Virus record (IMG/VR): IMGVR_UViG_3300005805_000290
Coordinates: 1 to 31,743 of that record
Origin: a virus
Lineage: Duplodnaviria > Caudoviricetes
DNA length: 31,743 nucleotides
Reading direction: 5' to 3' (one strand)
The notes beneath the pieces were generated by a model, which saw only the letters and a program-made list of their open reading frames with translations, searched no databases and was not told where the DNA came from. Position 1 is the first letter of the stretch. Each line of letters starts with the position of its first letter. A program made the translations under genes and the position numbers. Shown piece by piece: positions 17,750-26,047 of this stretch.

Positions 17750-18494
17750 AGATTGGAAGCATAGACCTGGTCTAGATCCAGAAACTATTGCAGATATTAT
17801 TCGTGAGGGTAGAGAAGAAAATGATAAAAAGTTTGAAACATATGCAGAGTATGCTTCTTATATGGTTAAAAAAAATCAAGAGATATTAGATAAACTTGGA
17901 TCAGATTATGATCATAATGGAATACCATATTGGAATAATAAAGTTCATATTGTCGAAAATTTTATTTCGGCGGAGGAATGTAACGAATTAATTAAATACT
18001 TTGATAAACGATCATTTCCTGGACCTGATCCATTAGTTAAATTTGTTTCAATTGCGAACGAATCAGTATACTTTGATATGAAGAATGACAATGAATATCC
18101 TGATATAAATCAATCTGTTCATAATACTTTAGATAGAATACAGGAAATATTGTCAGACACATATGATTTGCCTGTAGAAGTCTCATCTTCTAATTATGTA
18201 GATATGTCTAAAGGTTCGTCTTTGCCTGAGCATACAGATATGGGTGGCTCATCAGATCCCGTAAATCATACTAGAATAGATGATGACGATAAGTTTGAGT
18301 TCTCTGCATTAGTCTATCTAAATGATGACTTTGAGGGTGGCTATCTTAACTTTCCAAAGGAAGGCTTTAAGGTAAAAACAAAACCTGGAAGTCTAGTATA
18401 CTTTAATGGTACTACAGAACTATTTCATGAAGTAACAGAAATTTTGGAGGGTAATAGAAAGAACATTGCTTCTTTTTATAAACGTAAAAAATGA
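17742..18494 (+). CDS. 2OG-Fe(II) oxygenase (prolyl-4-hydroxylase-like) with N-terminal extension
   Basis: HTD, YLNDDFEGG, HEV, GNR. Confidence 0.88.
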   Translation: MNKDWKHRPGLDPETIADIIREGREENDKKFETYAEYASYMVKKNQEILDKLGSDYDHNGIPYWNNKVHIVENFISAEECNELIKYFDKRSFPGPDPLVKFVSIANESVYFDMKNDNEYPDINQSVHNTLDRIQEILSDTYDLPVEVSSSNYVDMSKGSSLPEHTDMGGSSDPVNHTRIDDDDKFEFSALVYLNDDFEGGYLNFPKEGFKVKTKPGSLVYFNGTTELFHEVTEILEGNRKNIASFYKRKK

Positions 18495-19063
18495 ATAATA
18501 CAAGTAGCAGGGTTCATATTATAGAAGATTTTATTTCATTAGATGAATGCAAAAAGTTAATAAAGTATTTTGATAAAAGGTCGTCTCCTGGTCCTGACCC
18601 TAAAAACTATTTTGTATCCTTGGCAAATGAAGCAGTGTACTTTAATATGCAAGATGATAACGATTTTCCTGAAATATCTGTGCATGTTCATAATATATTA
18701 AAAAGAGTAGAAAGTATAGTTTCAAGTACATATGGTATTGATATAGAAGTAAGGTCTTCTAACTATGTAGATATGAGGAAAGGTTCTATTTTAAGATTAC
18801 ATTCCGATATGGGTTCATCATCAAGTGATCCTATAGTTCATGTTCCAATAATTGCTAGTGACTATGAGTTTTCTGCTATGGTTTATTTAAATGACGATTT
18901 TGAGGGTGGTTACCTTAATTTTCCTAATGAAAATATAAAATTAAAAACAAAACCAGGCACCCTTGTATATTTCAATGGAGAAGTAGATTTACCACATGAG
19001 GTTACAGAAATACTTGAGGGTAGTAGAAAAAATATTGCGTCATTTTTGAGAAGAAAAAAATGA
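18491..19063 (+). CDS. 2OG-Fe(II) oxygenase, tandem paralogue
   Basis: HSD, YLNDDFEGG, HEV, GSR. Confidence 0.88.
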   Translation: MNNTSSRVHIIEDFISLDECKKLIKYFDKRSSPGPDPKNYFVSLANEAVYFNMQDDNDFPEISVHVHNILKRVESIVSSTYGIDIEVRSSNYVDMRKGSILRLHSDMGSSSSDPIVHVPIIASDYEFSAMVYLNDDFEGGYLNFPNENIKLKTKPGTLVYFNGEVDLPHEVTEILEGSRKNIASFLRRKK

Positions 19064-19908
19064 ATAAGATATATAACTTCTATCACTTATGGGTAGATGG
19101 TAACTGGAAAGTGCCATTAAATGATCATATAGACTATCTAGAAAGTTCTTTGTTATATGGCAATATTGAAAAGGTATATGTAGGATTAGTTGGTAATATA
19201 TCAAACAGAATAATGGCTAAAGAATATATAAGATTGAATGCTGGTAAAAAATATGAAATTATTGTAGAGGCTGATTCTGGGTTCGAACAAATTACTCAAG
19301 ATGCTATGGTAGATTTTGCACAAGATCATGATGGCTATGTATTTTATAATCACTCAAAGGGTGCTTTCAATGATGTTGAATTTGAACACTCATGGCGTAA
19401 AGAACTATATTCAGTTCTTGTAGGTCAATGGAGAAAGGCAGTAAGGAAACTTAGCGATCACTCTATGGTTGGTACATATTATCTTATGCCTAAACATACT
19501 GCAATGGAATACAGATTAAAAGGTGAATCAAACGACATCAAATACTCTAGGTTTTTAGACAATGAAACTTGGGAAGAAAAGGGTCATTTTAGTAGCAATT
19601 TTTGGTGGACCCACCTTAAATACATAAAAGCATTGGGATACCCACAACGGGTAAAAACTACTACAGACCCATATCTTAAATATGCAGACGACAGGCTTGC
19701 TGCAGAAGTATGGACTAAAGATATGAAGGCAGCAGTCGAGGGTATGGGAGATAAATATTCTATATATGATATGCATAAATCATTTCTATTTAAATCATTT
19801 GATATTCCTAGACCAGAAGAATATAATCAAAGCATAGATAAAGCATATGAAGCATATACAACTCCTGTAATACTATGGCCATACACAACTGACCCAGATT
19901 GGAACTAG
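19060..19908 (+). CDS. Paralogue of 9572-10540 (putative glycosyltransferase-like)
   Basis: YNFYHLW, GFEQIT, YNHSKG, SNFWWTHL. Confidence 0.55.
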   Translation: MNKIYNFYHLWVDGNWKVPLNDHIDYLESSLLYGNIEKVYVGLVGNISNRIMAKEYIRLNAGKKYEIIVEADSGFEQITQDAMVDFAQDHDGYVFYNHSKGAFNDVEFEHSWRKELYSVLVGQWRKAVRKLSDHSMVGTYYLMPKHTAMEYRLKGESNDIKYSRFLDNETWEEKGHFSSNFWWTHLKYIKALGYPQRVKTTTDPYLKYADDRLAAEVWTKDMKAAVEGMGDKYSIYDMHKSFLFKSFDIPRPEEYNQSIDKAYEAYTTPVILWPYTTDPDWN

Positions 19909-20096
19909 GTGTATAATTAATATATGGCCACATGGAAAAGACTTAAGAAATTTTTAGAAGAAATGGCTAAAATAGACAAAGCCACTCACTTTTCACCATC
20001 TCCAGTATTTTGGAAAGATGAAGATAAGACTGGAAGGTATCACAATAAATCCGAACTTAGAGGCCAGAAAAAGTAGCGGGTATGCTTAAATACCTA

Positions 20097-20125
20097 TTGA
20101 CATTAATTCTTATATCTAGTATGCT
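20097..20125 (+). promoter_or_regulatory. SigA-type promoter preceding a leaderless 12-aa uORF (20133-20171)
   Basis: TTGACA-17-TATGCT. Confidence 0.65.
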
Positions 20126-20173
20126 TATAGGTATGTCAAACATAGTAATCAAGAATATAACCAAAAAATAACC

Positions 20174-20566
20174 ATGCTAAGTAAGCACATTGGTGATGCC
20201 TTTGAAGACCTAGTCTTAAAGGATCTAGAAGAGCGTGGATTTCAATTCATCAGTCGTAATGTCTATATGGAGAATACTGGGTGTGAGGTAGACTTCCTTG
20301 CTCGTAATGAAAGCACCACCTGGCATGTCGAAGCCAAGGGTGGATACTATGGCAATAAGAAGCGACCAGGAGCCCAGAGAACAGACAATGTCAAGAAGGC
20401 CATAGCCAGTGCTACCCTGATTCGTTCTGAGTACCCAGAGGTCTATTTTGTAGCCTATTTTTCTGCATTGCCAAAGGCTGGTAGTTATTCATCAAAGATG
20501 ATAAATGCAGCATTAAGGCACGGTATATTTAGTGAAGTGGTATATTTATATCAAGGAGAATCATGA
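20174..20566 (+). CDS. PD-(D/E)xK endonuclease (restriction/Mrr/YraN-like fold)
   Basis: G.AFE..V, EVDF, VEAKGG. Confidence 0.75.
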   Translation: MLSKHIGDAFEDLVLKDLEERGFQFISRNVYMENTGCEVDFLARNESTTWHVEAKGGYYGNKKRPGAQRTDNVKKAIASATLIRSEYPEVYFVAYFSALPKAGSYSSKMINAALRHGIFSEVVYLYQGES

Positions 20567-20718
20567 TTGAATTAATACTATTATCTATAATCTTTCTTAT
20601 ATGGGGTATGAAAGGTCCAAAAGAACCAGACATGCTGTCTAACGGATGCTTGCCTTCTGGTCACAAATTTTCTAGTTATGGAATGTGTACGATATGTGGT
20701 GATTATGAAAAGGCATAA
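20563..20718 (+). CDS. 51-aa membrane-anchored Cys/His microprotein (not in ORF track)
   Basis: MIELILLSIIFLIWG...CLPSGH...CTIC; RBS AGGAG; ATGA overlap. Confidence 0.6.
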   Translation: MIELILLSIIFLIWGMKGPKEPDMLSNGCLPSGHKFSSYGMCTICGDYEKA

Positions 20719-20884
20719 AAAATCGGGGGTAGAAATAGAAGTACTATCCTCCCCTATAGACCTAATAATACATACTAAAGTACCAAGTAAATATATATTA
20801 TTGGATGAAGAAACAGGACAAATATATAGAGGAAATAATAATGGATCTTGGACAAGAATTGATAATGATGGCTATCTAAAATAG
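20705..20884 (+). CDS. Hypothetical protein
   Basis: MKRHKKSG...IHTKVPSKYILLDEETGQIY; last + strand gene before the convergence zone. Confidence 0.6.
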   Translation: MKRHKKSGVEIEVLSSPIDLIIHTKVPSKYILLDEETGQIYRGNNNGSWTRIDNDGYLK

Positions 20885-20921
20885 AACAATATTGTGCTAT
20901 ATATGATATAAGATATTATTA

Positions 20922-20974
20922 TAATGGATCAAATGGAGTAAAATGGAGGGAAATGGGATATGGGGCATTTGGGG
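20922..20974 (+). repeat. Imperfect 10-bp-period AAATGG purine-rich repeats
   Basis: ataatggatc aaatggagta aaatggaggg aaatgggata tggggcattt gggg. Confidence 0.6.
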
Positions 20975-21051
20975 CGGCCGTTCGTAATACATTTACGGGC
21001 ATTTTATTTTTATCTTCATAATCCTTTTTTATATATGCCCAAATTTTTGTG

Positions 21052-21080
21052 ATTATAGCCCATATAAATGATATTGTCAA
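21052..21080 (-). promoter_or_regulatory. Perfect consensus promoter with no substantial gene downstream
   Basis: TTGACA-17-TATAAT on the - strand, inside an imperfect inverted repeat (ATATGCCCA...TGGGCATAT, 21033-21121). Confidence 0.7.
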
Positions 21081-21195
21081 GTGTTTTTTGGTACAAAAAT
21101 TATGACAAATTATGGGCATATTTTTCCCTATTCGTAATACTTTTTAATAGATAATATATTGATTTTGCCCAATAATATATAGATAATATTATATT

Positions 21196-21747
21196 TTATA
21201 TTGAGTCATAATATATAGGTCCCATGCATGAAGGACTATATTGAATACTTGCTTCTACTGCTATTCTTAGTCTTTTATTTATATCTTTGTACCCCCGAGT
21301 TGTGTAAAGGGAACCGAAGGCGATCAGGCCCCCCGACCCAATAGCACCTTCGGTGATTTCATTCAATTGAAAATCGGTTGAGTCAAACTCGAATAAGCGG
21401 CCACGCACAGCGATCAAGGCCAGGACGCCGCCATCCTTGTCATCGGCGGGGGAAGTAGAAGGGGAATATAAATTAATAGCATTTTTAAAAGCAAGACAAA
21501 ACTTTGTTCTCATAAATCTAGTTAAATCTTTATTATGTATATTAATAGGATCTGGAAGATCTATAGAATGTAATAATTGTCCTAATCCAGTTTCTCCTGC
21601 ATATCCAATTAAATACTTTCCATTTCTTTGGATCTTTGGATCCATAATTGGAAGAATAATACTATCATCAGATGCCCCCGAATCCGCTGCCATATAGACT
21701 TTGCGGGGGGTAGAAAGATTATCCACTATACCTACTATACAAGTCAT
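21196..21747 (-). CDS. Ntn-hydrolase, HslV/proteasome-beta-like peptidase
   Basis: MTCIVG (Thr1 after Met removal), AADS, K33 equivalent in DPKI, GYAG, AIGSG. Confidence 0.78.
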   Translation of the reverse strand: MTCIVGIVDNLSTPRKVYMAADSGASDDSIILPIMDPKIQRNGKYLIGYAGETGLGQLLHSIDLPDPINIHNKDLTRFMRTKFCLAFKNAINLYSPSTSPADDKDGGVLALIAVRGRLFEFDSTDFQLNEITEGAIGSGGLIAFGSLYTTRGYKDINKRLRIAVEASIQYSPSCMGPIYYDSI

Positions 21748-21779
21748 TAATAATCCCTAATATAAATATACCTTGGACA

Positions 21780-21809
21780 ATAATAGCATATATCGTAATA
21801 CCCTGTCAA
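21780..21809 (-). promoter_or_regulatory. Promoter for the protease gene, with a TTACGA motif in the spacer
   Basis: TTGACA-18-TATTAT with extended TG. Confidence 0.6.
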
Positions 21810-21947
21810 TATGCCATATATGCATGTTCCATGCAAACTATAGGCAATTTCGTAATATCTTCGTAATATAGATATATTGACAAATATGGGAAAAGATGAT
21901 AGGAAAAAATTTAAATTCCTGGCCCAGGAGCCCAGGCTGCTGAGAGC

Positions 21948-22295
21948 CTAGGACCCCTTGGTCCAACCTAAATCTTCTGCATCATCTTCCGTTAGGCCTA
22001 GTTCGTCTAGTTCTACCTCACGGATCATTTCATCTATTGACTCAAAGAATTGATTAGGGTCATTACCAAAAATATCTCTAACCATATCTTCATATGTTTC
22101 CTCAATATGTAACTCACCAATACCATGAACACTTGGAACCATATCCATAACTAGTGCGTAGGCTAAAGGCACACCCATATCGTGTTGGGCAAAGAAGTCA
22201 TCGAACTGACCACTTCTTCTATACCTATGAGAGAAGTCACAAATAAGTTTTGCCTGCTCTTTAAGACGAGCCTGATTTCTATCTTTAGTAGCCAA
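21948..22295 (-). CDS. Hypothetical acidic protein
   Basis: 115 aa; HDMGVPLAY. Confidence 0.7.
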   Translation of the reverse strand: MATKDRNQARLKEQAKLICDFSHRYRRSGQFDDFFAQHDMGVPLAYALVMDMVPSVHGIGELHIEETYEDMVRDIFGNDPNQFFESIDEMIREVELDELGLTEDDAEDLGWTKGS

Positions 22296-22548
22296 TTATC
22301 TCACCCTCGCTAGTAATGCGTTCTTTGTATTCACTCGATGATACCATAAGTCGTTCTGGTATGTCAATACCTCTTCTATCAAGAGAATAGTTTATGCCGT
22401 CTGCAAAGTTCTTAGCAGTCGCTAGGATAGCCATATTCTCATCTGTAATATCATCTGGTATAGCAAACTTCCATTGGTTCTGAGTTATATGATTATTAGC
22501 AAATAAGTCAATAATCTTCTTTGATATTTTATTGCTTGATACAAACAT
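22285..22548 (-). CDS. Hypothetical protein
   Basis: 87 aa; RBS GAAAGG. Confidence 0.7.
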   Translation of the reverse strand: MFVSSNKISKKIIDLFANNHITQNQWKFAIPDDITDENMAILATAKNFADGINYSLDRRGIDIPERLMVSSSEYKERITSEGEIIGY

Positions 22549-22568
22549 TTATACCTTTCTCCAAGTCC

Positions 22569-22597
22569 ATTATATAGTCGGGGGGTCGTTTTGTCAA
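22569..22597 (-). promoter_or_regulatory. Perfect consensus promoter
   Basis: TTGACA-17-TATAAT. Confidence 0.8.
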
Positions 22598-22800
22598 TCG
22601 CCTGCTACTAGTACTACGTACTTGTCATCAGGGATAGATATTATCTTAGTTTCATAGTAGTTATCTAGGACCACCACATCAAACCCACTGTCAGTGGCCA
22701 TTAGATTGACTACCTCATAGACTTCGCCCTTAACCCTTATTAGATCCCCTTTTTCAAGGTAGTTAGGTAAGACGCTATCTATTACAATATATTCATCCAT
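22594..22800 (-). CDS. Small SH3/KOW-like beta protein
   Basis: LEKGDLIRVKGEVYEV; probable leaderless ATG 7 nt after TATAAT. Confidence 0.6.
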   Translation of the reverse strand: MDEYIVIDSVLPNYLEKGDLIRVKGEVYEVVNLMATDSGFDVVVLDNYYETKIISIPDDKYVVLVAGD

Positions 22801-22817
22801 GGTCAACATTATATATC

Positions 22818-23219
22818 CTATTCTTTATCTAGTTGTACTTCTATATCTAATAATTCATCATATGGTTTTGCTGTTACCATATACCCGATTCTGTTGACGA
22901 AACCCCAGTGATTAATAATGCACGTGGTGCCGTCTTCTTTATCTATGTAAGTCCAGATACGGTTTGGTTCTTCTTGGCCTACAGAAGCCACGAAGTCATA
23001 TTCAGGACCGTAGGTCTCAAACATGATACCTCCAGACCAGTTATTGAATGAAGCATTCTTATCCAAGTGATTGACCTGTGGTTTAAAGAAGTGCTCCCAC
23101 TCTTCCATGGTTAAGATAACCTTTCCATAGTTAGGTGAGTCTGGATTAATATCTGGGTCTAAGCAACTGCACAACTCATTGCCACAGAAGTCACAGCCTT
23201 CTTCGAATTCTTCACTCAC
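22818..23219 (-). CDS. Hypothetical phage protein with N-terminal CxxC..CxC
   Basis: FETYG.E, RIWT, GFVNRIGY; GTG start after GAGG. Confidence 0.7.
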   Translation of the reverse strand: MSEEFEEGCDFCGNELCSCLDPDINPDSPNYGKVILTMEEWEHFFKPQVNHLDKNASFNNWSGGIMFETYGPEYDFVASVGQEEPNRIWTYIDKEDGTTCIINHWGFVNRIGYMVTAKPYDELLDIEVQLDKE

Positions 23220-23460
23220 TGCCATCATCCTCAATGACAACGTTGACTGTGCATTCGTCTAAAGCCCCGTCAGAATATTGAACATGGTCCATATAGTTCA
23301 TATCCATATATTCTTGGATTGCTGTTTCTAACTCATCAGTATCATCAAAGTCAGTCATATCGTTAAATGCTGGATAGATATCTGCAATCTCTTCAGCAGA
23401 CAAACTTACAGTTGCCCACATCTGAAGATTGACTTCAACACTGTCTATGTACTTAGCCAT
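23212..23460 (-). CDS. Highly acidic small protein
   Basis: 82 aa, D/E rich. Confidence 0.7.
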   Translation of the reverse strand: MAKYIDSVEVNLQMWATVSLSAEEIADIYPAFNDMTDFDDTDELETAIQEYMDMNYMDHVQYSDGALDECTVNVVIEDDGSE

Positions 23461-23710
23461 TCTGTTTTCTCTCCCAGTTTAGTCGGTGCCATTGAATATC
23501 ATATAGCAAGTTGGACACTTCCACAAGTGCGTCCATTCTTGCACACATAACATCCAATTCTTCTTTGGTCCAAGTAGGCATATCCATTTGCCATGAAAGA
23601 TCAGCCATAAGGACTTTTAATCTACCAGATAATATTTCGTCTGTAGATATATTGTATTTGAAGTAAGCCTCTAATTGTTTTAGTTCTTTATCTTCTATTT
23701 CTTCTACCAT
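23453..23710 (-). CDS. Hypothetical helical protein
   Basis: MVEEIEDK...; coupled to its neighbours. Confidence 0.65.
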   Translation of the reverse strand: MVEEIEDKELKQLEAYFKYNISTDEILSGRLKVLMADLSWQMDMPTWTKEELDVMCARMDALVEVSNLLYDIQWHRLNWERKQNG

Positions 23711-23943
23711 GCTTTTACCCAACCTGTCGGAGGTTCTGGAGTTGTATCTTCTTCCATAGCCTTAATAGTAGTTTCATTTGGAATGTGGTTATCCCAATGA
23801 GAGTCTACTTCACCTTCAACAACTTTGCAACCCTCTGGCATATCTTCACTACCAAAGTATGCGTCATAGGCTTTGTATGCTGTTTCTTCATCTGGTGCTT
23901 CTATGTGATACCAAGTACCAGATAGTACATTAAACTTTGGCAT
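23704..23943 (-). CDS. Hypothetical acidic protein
   Basis: 79 aa; IEAPDEETA. Confidence 0.7.
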   Translation of the reverse strand: MPKFNVLSGTWYHIEAPDEETAYKAYDAYFGSEDMPEGCKVVEGEVDSHWDNHIPNETTIKAMEEDTTPEPPTGWVKAW

Positions 23944-24029
23944 TAGTAACCTGCCTTACATTCTGAGTTGTGACCAACTGTAAAGTTGCAACCACATACC
24001 CAATGATGACAATTGCATTTGTCTGACAT
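23943..24029 (-). CDS. 28-aa Cys/His-rich peptide (not in ORF track)
   Basis: MSDKCNCHHWVCGCNFTVGHNSECKAGY; RBS GGAGG; TAATG coupling on both sides. Confidence 0.65.
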   Translation of the reverse strand: MSDKCNCHHWVCGCNFTVGHNSECKAGY

Positions 24030-24172
24030 TATTCCTCCACCATAATCATATAGGCTAGTACTTCTAGACTATTACAATCCACACACTTACAGTTAACCAC
24101 ATGACCCTCTACTTTGTCAAGCATGTTCGTAAGTATTTTTTCAAGGGGGTATTCAAGATCAAAATCAAGCAT
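24029..24172 (-). CDS. Small Zn-binding-like protein
   Basis: MLDFD...HVVNCKCVDC. Confidence 0.6.
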   Translation of the reverse strand: MLDFDLEYPLEKILTNMLDKVEGHVVNCKCVDCNSLEVLAYMIMVEE

Positions 24173-24335
24173 AATGTCCCTCTCTAACATAAATAGAATA
24201 AGCCTGGGCAAATCTATCCCATTGTCTTAATCTATCACAATTAATACAATAAAACAATCCTGGAATATCTGAGCATTCCCATTTACAATTGTCACCTTGT
24301 TTGGTATCATACCAACAAAGACTAGATCCCTGCAT
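24165..24335 (-). CDS. Small Cys-rich protein
   Basis: MQGSSLCWY...C..C..CINC; RBS AAGGAG. Confidence 0.6.
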   Translation of the reverse strand: MQGSSLCWYDTKQGDNCKWECSDIPGLFYCINCDRLRQWDRFAQAYSIYVREGHYA

Positions 24336-24588
24336 CTGTGAATCTCCTTTCAATCTCTTCTAACAGATCAGTTTTCCACTGTCTATGAATTCCATCTACA
24401 TCAAAGTCCCAAAACTCTAAGGCTTGGTCATGAACAAATCTGGTAACGTCCATCCATGCAGTTTCACCCTTAAAAGTTTTAGCATGGCGACCATTTAGTC
24501 TAACTTTATAATCAGCCCAATAATCTTCGGGGTTAACAAAAACTTCTAATCCATTTTTACTATATATGTTTACATACTTACTATTCAT
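24322..24588 (-). CDS. Hypothetical protein
   Basis: MNSKYV...FKGETAWMD; RBS AAGGTGG; the longer ORF-track start overlaps a tRNA. Confidence 0.7.
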   Translation of the reverse strand: MNSKYVNIYSKNGLEVFVNPEDYWADYKVRLNGRHAKTFKGETAWMDVTRFVHDQALEFWDFDVDGIHRQWKTDLLEEIERRFTDAGI

Positions 24589-24616
24589 ATACCACCTTAA
24601 TCTAGTCGTCTTAATC

Positions 24617-24645
24617 ATATTAATGGTTATGGGCAAAATTGTCAA
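24617..24645 (-). promoter_or_regulatory. SigA-type promoter
   Basis: TTGACA-17-TAATAT. Confidence 0.7.
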
Positions 24646-24650
24646 TGGGC

Positions 24651-24677
24651 TCGTAAAGGCATATCGTAAAGGCATAT
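24651..24677 (+). repeat. Tandem 13-bp repeat TCGTAAAGGCATA
   Basis: Two exact copies. Confidence 0.8.
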
Positions 24678-24692
24678 AGGACTGTATTAACC

Positions 24693-24725
24693 TGTGGATA
24701 ACCTGGGGATAGAAATTTAAATTTT
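24693..24725 (-). promoter_or_regulatory. DnaA-box pair plus AT pseudo-palindrome (element 1)
   Basis: TGTGGATAA-CC-TGGGGATAG/AAATTTAAATTTT. Confidence 0.85.
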
Positions 24726-24728
24726 CGG

Positions 24729-24802
24729 CGATCCTGAAGAGACTTGAACTCTCGACCTCCACCGTGACAGGGTGGCGTTCTAACCAACTGAACTACAGGA
24801 CC
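24729..24802 (-). tRNA. trnD: tRNA-Asp(GTC)
   Basis: GGTCCTGTAGTTCAGTTGGTTAGAACGCCACCCTGTCACGGTGGAGGTCGAGAGTTCAAGTCTCTTCAGGATCG; full cloverleaf followed by CCG rather than CCA. Confidence 0.95.
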
Positions 24803-24807
24803 AGGTA

Positions 24808-24834
24808 GGGCAGTTTTAAGTGTTGCCCAGCACT
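24808..24834 (-). ncRNA. Compact H-type pseudoknot motif, copy 1
   Basis: AGUG-CUGGGCAA-CACU-UAAAAC-UGCCC. Confidence 0.55.
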
Positions 24835-24839
24835 CTATT

Positions 24840-25853
24840 TTATTTTACTCCAGCAAGTTGTTTTACTTGACGGAATAGTTTATTCTTGTTTGCATTACGC
24901 ATGGCGTCAAAACCACTTGCGTTTGCAAACTTTATCTCTTGACCTTTTTCACCTTTACGAGTCATACCAAAATAGTCTAGGCGTTCAGTTAAGGCATTGA
25001 ATACACCCCATGCTGTGCCTTTGATATTTTGTTGAGTAGGTGAGTCAAAATAGATATCATTAACTAGTGAGATGTTGTTATCCCATTTTGTTAATTGTGC
25101 TTTTTTATCCTTTTCTGGCTTTGGATAAATAGTTGTTAAGATGTCATAGAATTGTTTATCTGTGACACTTGTTTCGAATAGTGCTTTTGCTTCTGCTTCG
25201 AAGTTGTCCATGTATTGAAAGGTAAGCCCTAGTGCTTCTCTGGCTACTTGTAACTTGCCGTCAATAGATTGTGTGTGTCTCAACTTGAAAGATTGCTTTA
25301 CAGCACCTAGTGCAAGGTTGAGAGTATTTTGACATACTACACGCACAGGAGTAATGCTAGCCTGTAATGAAACAGAGCCATCATGTGAAGTGTGAACTAG
25401 TAAATATGTTTTTGTAGTATCGTTAGCACCTTGTGGGTCTAAGGTAAATTCTCTAGGAATTACTAAAGAGCCGAATACTAAACGACCACCTTTGATTGAG
25501 CCAGCAGATTCCCAACTTGCTCCACCATCTAATAAGTTATCGCCAAATTCGAACAATTGTTCATTTTGTACGACCTTGTATTTATTGCCAACGACACCTA
25601 AGATATCTTTGCCGTTACCAAATGGATTTGTACGAGTAACAAAATAGTTTGTTTTATCGTTATTGTATCCAATAGGATTTTCTACTTCTAACAATTCGAT
25701 ATCCCAATTAGATAGTTTTGCACTATCTAACATTGTAGTTGTAGTTATGTGTTCATCTTTATCAAATAACACATTAGCAAGACCATGCCAAGCAGGTGCA
25801 CCTCTAAGTGCAAATGCCACTTCACCATCTTGCATTTCTAAGGCGTGTGCCAT
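24840..25853 (-). CDS. DUF932 family phage/plasmid-like protein
   Basis: PAWHGL, Y.VVQN, SAGSIKGG, SHDGS, TPVRVVCQNTL, RHT, GTAWG..NA.TE..D. Confidence 0.9.
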   Translation of the reverse strand: MAHALEMQDGEVAFALRGAPAWHGLANVLFDKDEHITTTTMLDSAKLSNWDIELLEVENPIGYNNDKTNYFVTRTNPFGNGKDILGVVGNKYKVVQNEQLFEFGDNLLDGGASWESAGSIKGGRLVFGSLVIPREFTLDPQGANDTTKTYLLVHTSHDGSVSLQASITPVRVVCQNTLNLALGAVKQSFKLRHTQSIDGKLQVAREALGLTFQYMDNFEAEAKALFETSVTDKQFYDILTTIYPKPEKDKKAQLTKWDNNISLVNDIYFDSPTQQNIKGTAWGVFNALTERLDYFGMTRKGEKGQEIKFANASGFDAMRNANKNKLFRQVKQLAGVK

Positions 25854-25883
25854 AGTTTATTTCCTTTCGTAGTAGATGACACA

Positions 25884-25912
25884 ATCTTACAGGATAACCC
25901 AGACAAATGCAA
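25884..25912 (-). promoter_or_regulatory. Promoter with TTGTC spacer motif
   Basis: TTGCAT-ttgtctgggttatcctg-TAAGAT. Confidence 0.7.
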
Positions 25913-25938
25913 GCCCCCTCGTAAACCGTGCTAAATTC

Positions 25939-25982
25939 TGTGGATAACCTGGGGACATCCTGTGGATAAAAATCTAAATTTT
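25939..25982 (-). promoter_or_regulatory. DnaA-box triplet plus AT pseudo-palindrome (element 2)
   Basis: TGTGGATAA-CC-TGGGGACAT-CC-TGTGGATAA/AAATCTAAATTTT. Confidence 0.85.
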
Positions 25983-25992
25983 TTTAGGATCC

Positions 25993-26023
25993 ACCGCTGC
26001 AGATCGTTTAAACCTGCAACGGT
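25993..26023 (-). terminator. Hairpin after 26048-26485 (terminator or processing site)
   Basis: ACCGTTGCAG/CTGCAGCGGT stem; no clear U-tract. Confidence 0.45.
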
Positions 26024-26047
26024 CGACACTACTCTACCAACTAGAGT

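Noticed and set aside
19922-20076. Possible ORF WPTWKRLKKFLEEMAK...
   Set aside because: Open frame looks protein-like, but the promoter-proximal start would be ATA and the adjacent ATG is out of frame; not supportable
20919-21119. 66-aa - strand ORF
   Set aside because: Starts upstream of the promoter, has no RBS and is made of repeat DNA
24589-24762. N-terminal extension of ORF 24322-24762
   Set aside because: Runs through tRNA-Asp, DnaA boxes and a promoter; a good RBS supports ATG 24588
24808-24834. Pistol or theta (HDV-like) ribozyme beside the tRNA
   Set aside because: Only a two-stem pseudoknot is present, the other required stems are absent, and it is 5' rather than 3' of the tRNA
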